A stretch of 63,191 nucleotides of DNA, the filler included, from Theionarchaea archaeon (GTDB taxonomy: Archaea; Methanobacteriota_B; Thermococci; Methanofastidiosales; SZ-28-30), in NCBI GenBank assembly GCA_018992565.1. It is 10 parts of 10 records of this genome, joined end to end, with 100 filler letters (N's around TTAATTAATTAA, not from the genome) between each part and the next. Parts side by side here need not be neighbours in the genome. Positions count along the whole stretch, not along the records: positions 60,653 to 63,191 come from JACVGW010000153.1; 9 more parts are not named here. One strand, given 5' to 3'. The notes beneath the pieces are model-generated. The model saw only the letters and a program-made list of their open reading frames with translations, was not told the origin of the DNA and did no database searches. Of the stretch, positions 60,653-63,191 are shown one piece after another. The position numbers were made by a program, and so were the translations under genes. Positions within the stretch are counted from its first letter, which is position 1. The number at the start of each line of letters is the position of its first letter.

Positions 60653-61084
60653 CAGGGTGACGTAGAACTTCGGTTTCCCACTGTGACTTTCAGTGAGCGT
60701 ATTATGTTCCCCCAGGAGAGTGTTGAGTTCTTTTACAGCCCAGGTCATACGAGAGACTCAGCCTCCTGTTTTGATCATGTGGATCATACACTATTTGTTG
60801 GAGACAACCTTGAATCTCCCATTCCGTACCTGTTTTACTCTGGATTGGACACATATGTGCACACACTGGAAATGTATCAACACTCGAGGGCTTCTCAATT
60901 TGTTCCAGGACACGGCGAACCATGTGATTACACTCTGCTGCAGGAAAACCAGGAGTATATCAGAGCTTTTATGGAGAAGGCTGCTGGAAAATATGAAGAA
61001 GGACCATATGCACCCATCCACAAGATGAATGTGGAAGTACAGGAAGAAATGAAAAAGAATAACCTCATTGATCCTGTAATATGA
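60653..61084 (+). CDS. MBL-fold hydrolase, C-terminal part
   Basis: SPGHT, LFVGD, VPGHG. Confidence 0.8.
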   Translation, partial: QGDVELRFPTVTFSERIMFPQESVEFFYSPGHTRDSASCFDHVDHTLFVGDNLESPIPYLFYSGLDTYVHTLEMYQHSRASQFVPGHGEPCDYTLLQENQEYIRAFMEKAAGKYEEGPYAPIHKMNVEVQEEMKKNNLIDPVI

Positions 61085-61175
61085 AAGAGATACCTGAATA
61101 TTCTGGGAAAACTGATAAACGTTGTCGCCCAAAGGGAATACCAGAACAAAATAATCCATAAGCGGAGGAATACCC

Positions 61176-62162
61176 ATGAGTATTTTGATGAGTGAAGTTG
61201 CTCCCCTCATGAAAGGAGCACGAAAGATTGTGAAAGCGTGTGCACGGATAACTCCCGAAGAGAGAGTGCTGGTTATCACGGACACAGGGAGAGACCTGGC
61301 AGTAGCATATGCACTTATGGAAGCTGCTATGGAAGTTGGGAGTGAGGTCACGGTTGCCACGATGAAAGAACGAGATGTCCCTGGAGAAGAACCCCCTCCA
61401 CAAGTGCGTGAAGCTATGCTGGGATCTGACGTTATCCTTCAGGCTACATCAACGATAATGGCCTTCACACAGGCAAAAGCTGATGCCTGTAAGAAGGGTG
61501 CACGGTTTGCTGCAATGACTGGAATGATGCCTGAAATTCTCACATCGCCCGCCCTGACAGATACCGATTTTGAAAAAGAACAGGTGACTATTGAGAAAAT
61601 GAGTAAGCTGGTCAATTCTGCGAAAAAAGCGAGGATAACGACTTCTGGAGGTACAGATCTTGTCATGAGCCTGGAAGGAAGAACTGCAGACGCATGTACC
61701 TCCATTCTCGATGTTCCGGGATGTTCATCAGGAATGCCTGATCTTGAGGTGTACATTGCACCTGTTGAAGATTCTGTTAATGGTGTAGCGATCATTGATG
61801 CAACTATCTCTTCTTCTGGACTGGTTACATCTCCTGTAAAACTGACCATCAAGAATGGCATTGTACAGAAGATAGAAGGTGGAAAAGACGCAGAAGCCCT
61901 CCGGGACATACTTGAAAGACAGAAGAATCCCCATGTGTACCAGATAGCAGAACTGGGAATTGGACTGAACCCCAATGCACATCTACGAGGTGCCATCATT
62001 GAGGATGAAGGAGTCCTGGGGACTGTTCACATTGCCGTGGGTGATAACACTCTGTTTGGAGGAACGAACAAAGCCCCCATCCATATTGATATGGTAATGA
62101 AAGACCCAACATTGGAACTGGACGGAACCGTCGTGCTCAAAGGTAGGAAGCTATCCTTCTGA
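61176..62162 (+). CDS. Aminopeptidase (M29/AmpT-like)
   Basis: EVYIAP, IAELGIGLNP, EDE..GTVHIAVGDN, IHIDMV. Confidence 0.85.
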   Translation: MSILMSEVAPLMKGARKIVKACARITPEERVLVITDTGRDLAVAYALMEAAMEVGSEVTVATMKERDVPGEEPPPQVREAMLGSDVILQATSTIMAFTQAKADACKKGARFAAMTGMMPEILTSPALTDTDFEKEQVTIEKMSKLVNSAKKARITTSGGTDLVMSLEGRTADACTSILDVPGCSSGMPDLEVYIAPVEDSVNGVAIIDATISSSGLVTSPVKLTIKNGIVQKIEGGKDAEALRDILERQKNPHVYQIAELGIGLNPNAHLRGAIIEDEGVLGTVHIAVGDNTLFGGTNKAPIHIDMVMKDPTLELDGTVVLKGRKLSF

Positions 62163-62376
62163 CCGTTCTTCCAGGGAGAGATCTAAAGAGAGTGACTAAG
62201 GAAGCAGGGACGTTCAGGAAAGGCCATGAATGTGCCACGTTGTAAGTAAGTGTATCTGGATCAGGAGAGTCTATGGTAATCTGATCTAATCAGGATGACT
62301 ATCTTGTGAGCTCTTCCATCAGGGAGTTCGATTTTCATCTCCAGATTTTCTGATACGGAAATTCTGACATGATGGC

Positions 62377-63027
62377 TTAATCCCCTCTGTAGTCAGCGAT
62401 GATCTTTCTAATCATGCGTTCCTCCTCTGCGAACTCCTTTTCTAATGCTTCCCAGAATCTCCCAGCTTTCTTGAGATTCTCATCGGCAAACCTCTTCCCT
62501 GCGTCCGTGCACAATTGTCTTGGAGGGACGATTCTTTCTTTGGGGAATTCTACCATCTCCCTAACACCCATGTGTGCTTCTCCCATAAAGTGATGAAATG
62601 CCCTGGCAACACCAATATGACCCGCCGAGCAGCTGAAATCCACATCGTAACAGATTTTCGCCTCCAATGTCTCAGGCTCTTCCACCCCTCTGGGGCCGTT
62701 CGTCCTCACACAGTGCACCACAGCTTCAATTTCCTTCTCTGTGAATCCTGCGTCCCGCAGATAGAAAGGTGCAACTTCTGCTCCTTTCAGGTAGTGTTCT
62801 CCCCCATTGCGAGGATATAGTCGTCCAATATCGTGGAGCAGGATGCCCGCTATTACGATTTTCATATTTGCCTCTTCCTCTTCTCCCAGCATGATGGCTT
62901 TACCCAGGTCTCTCTGTGCGTGGGTCCAGTTGTGATGAACAGGATTTTTGGTCTGATATTCCTGCTTCACATGCTCATACAACGATTTCAATTCTGGAAA
63001 TTTCGAGAAGTACTCGACAAGGTTCAT
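62377..63027 (-). CDS. HD-domain phosphohydrolase
   Basis: HNWTH..R, LLHDIGR, PETLEAKICYD; GGAGGT RBS before MNLVE. Confidence 0.85.
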   Translation of the reverse strand: MNLVEYFSKFPELKSLYEHVKQEYQTKNPVHHNWTHAQRDLGKAIMLGEEEEANMKIVIAGILLHDIGRLYPRNGGEHYLKGAEVAPFYLRDAGFTEKEIEAVVHCVRTNGPRGVEEPETLEAKICYDVDFSCSAGHIGVARAFHHFMGEAHMGVREMVEFPKERIVPPRQLCTDAGKRFADENLKKAGRFWEALEKEFAEEERMIRKIIADYRGD

Positions 63028-63191
63028 GCGTATACCTCCTTTCAAACCAGTCACACCAACTCTACTCATCTAGAGTGACTTACTGGTTCTTGTGACATGT
63101 TTTGGAATGGTATTCTTTCAAATATCCTTTCTTCTTGGCCTTTTACGTTTAAAATAGTGTTGCCAGAATATTTCGGGGAAATCAATAACCG

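Overview
Archaeal DNA (BRE/TATA promoters, GGAGGTGA ribosome-binding sites, U-tract terminators, a BHB-intron tRNA). The gene set suggests an anaerobic Thermococci-related lineage such as Theionarchaea; this is inference. The window is not one contiguous locus. It is ten contigs joined by nine artificial 100-nt N/TTAATTAATTAA/N linkers, plus two plain 100-N scaffold gaps, and three exact 99-bp end overlaps show how some pieces really join. Recognisable content: pelota, DGGGP synthase, a full ACDS (cdhABC-cooC-cdhDE) operon, PEP synthase (partial), AOR plus a MoaD/SAMP protein, a Na+-pumping methylmalonyl-CoA-decarboxylase-type operon, tatAC, tandem tRNA-Arg(TCT, intron) and tRNA-Gln(CTG), gcvPAB, Sec61-beta, asnS, diadenylate cyclase plus MscS, adenine deaminase, trm1 and two ABC exporters. 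The best candidate for an undescribed system is a compact RiPP-like cluster at 41360-44394. Two paralogous 29-30 aa peptides absent from the ORF track (FxPEF leader, P-[IL]-P-S-[IL] core), each with its own promoter and RBS, precede a radical SAM enzyme and an RRE(PqqD)-radical SAM-SPASM enzyme. Other leads: a 32-aa stand-alone copy of the CdhD N-terminus inside the ACDS operon, an orphan 27-aa peptide behind a structured leader, two candidate sRNAs, a surface-anchored PIMT, a stand-alone condensation-domain gene with a perfect 27-bp operator, and a short TGT paralog.
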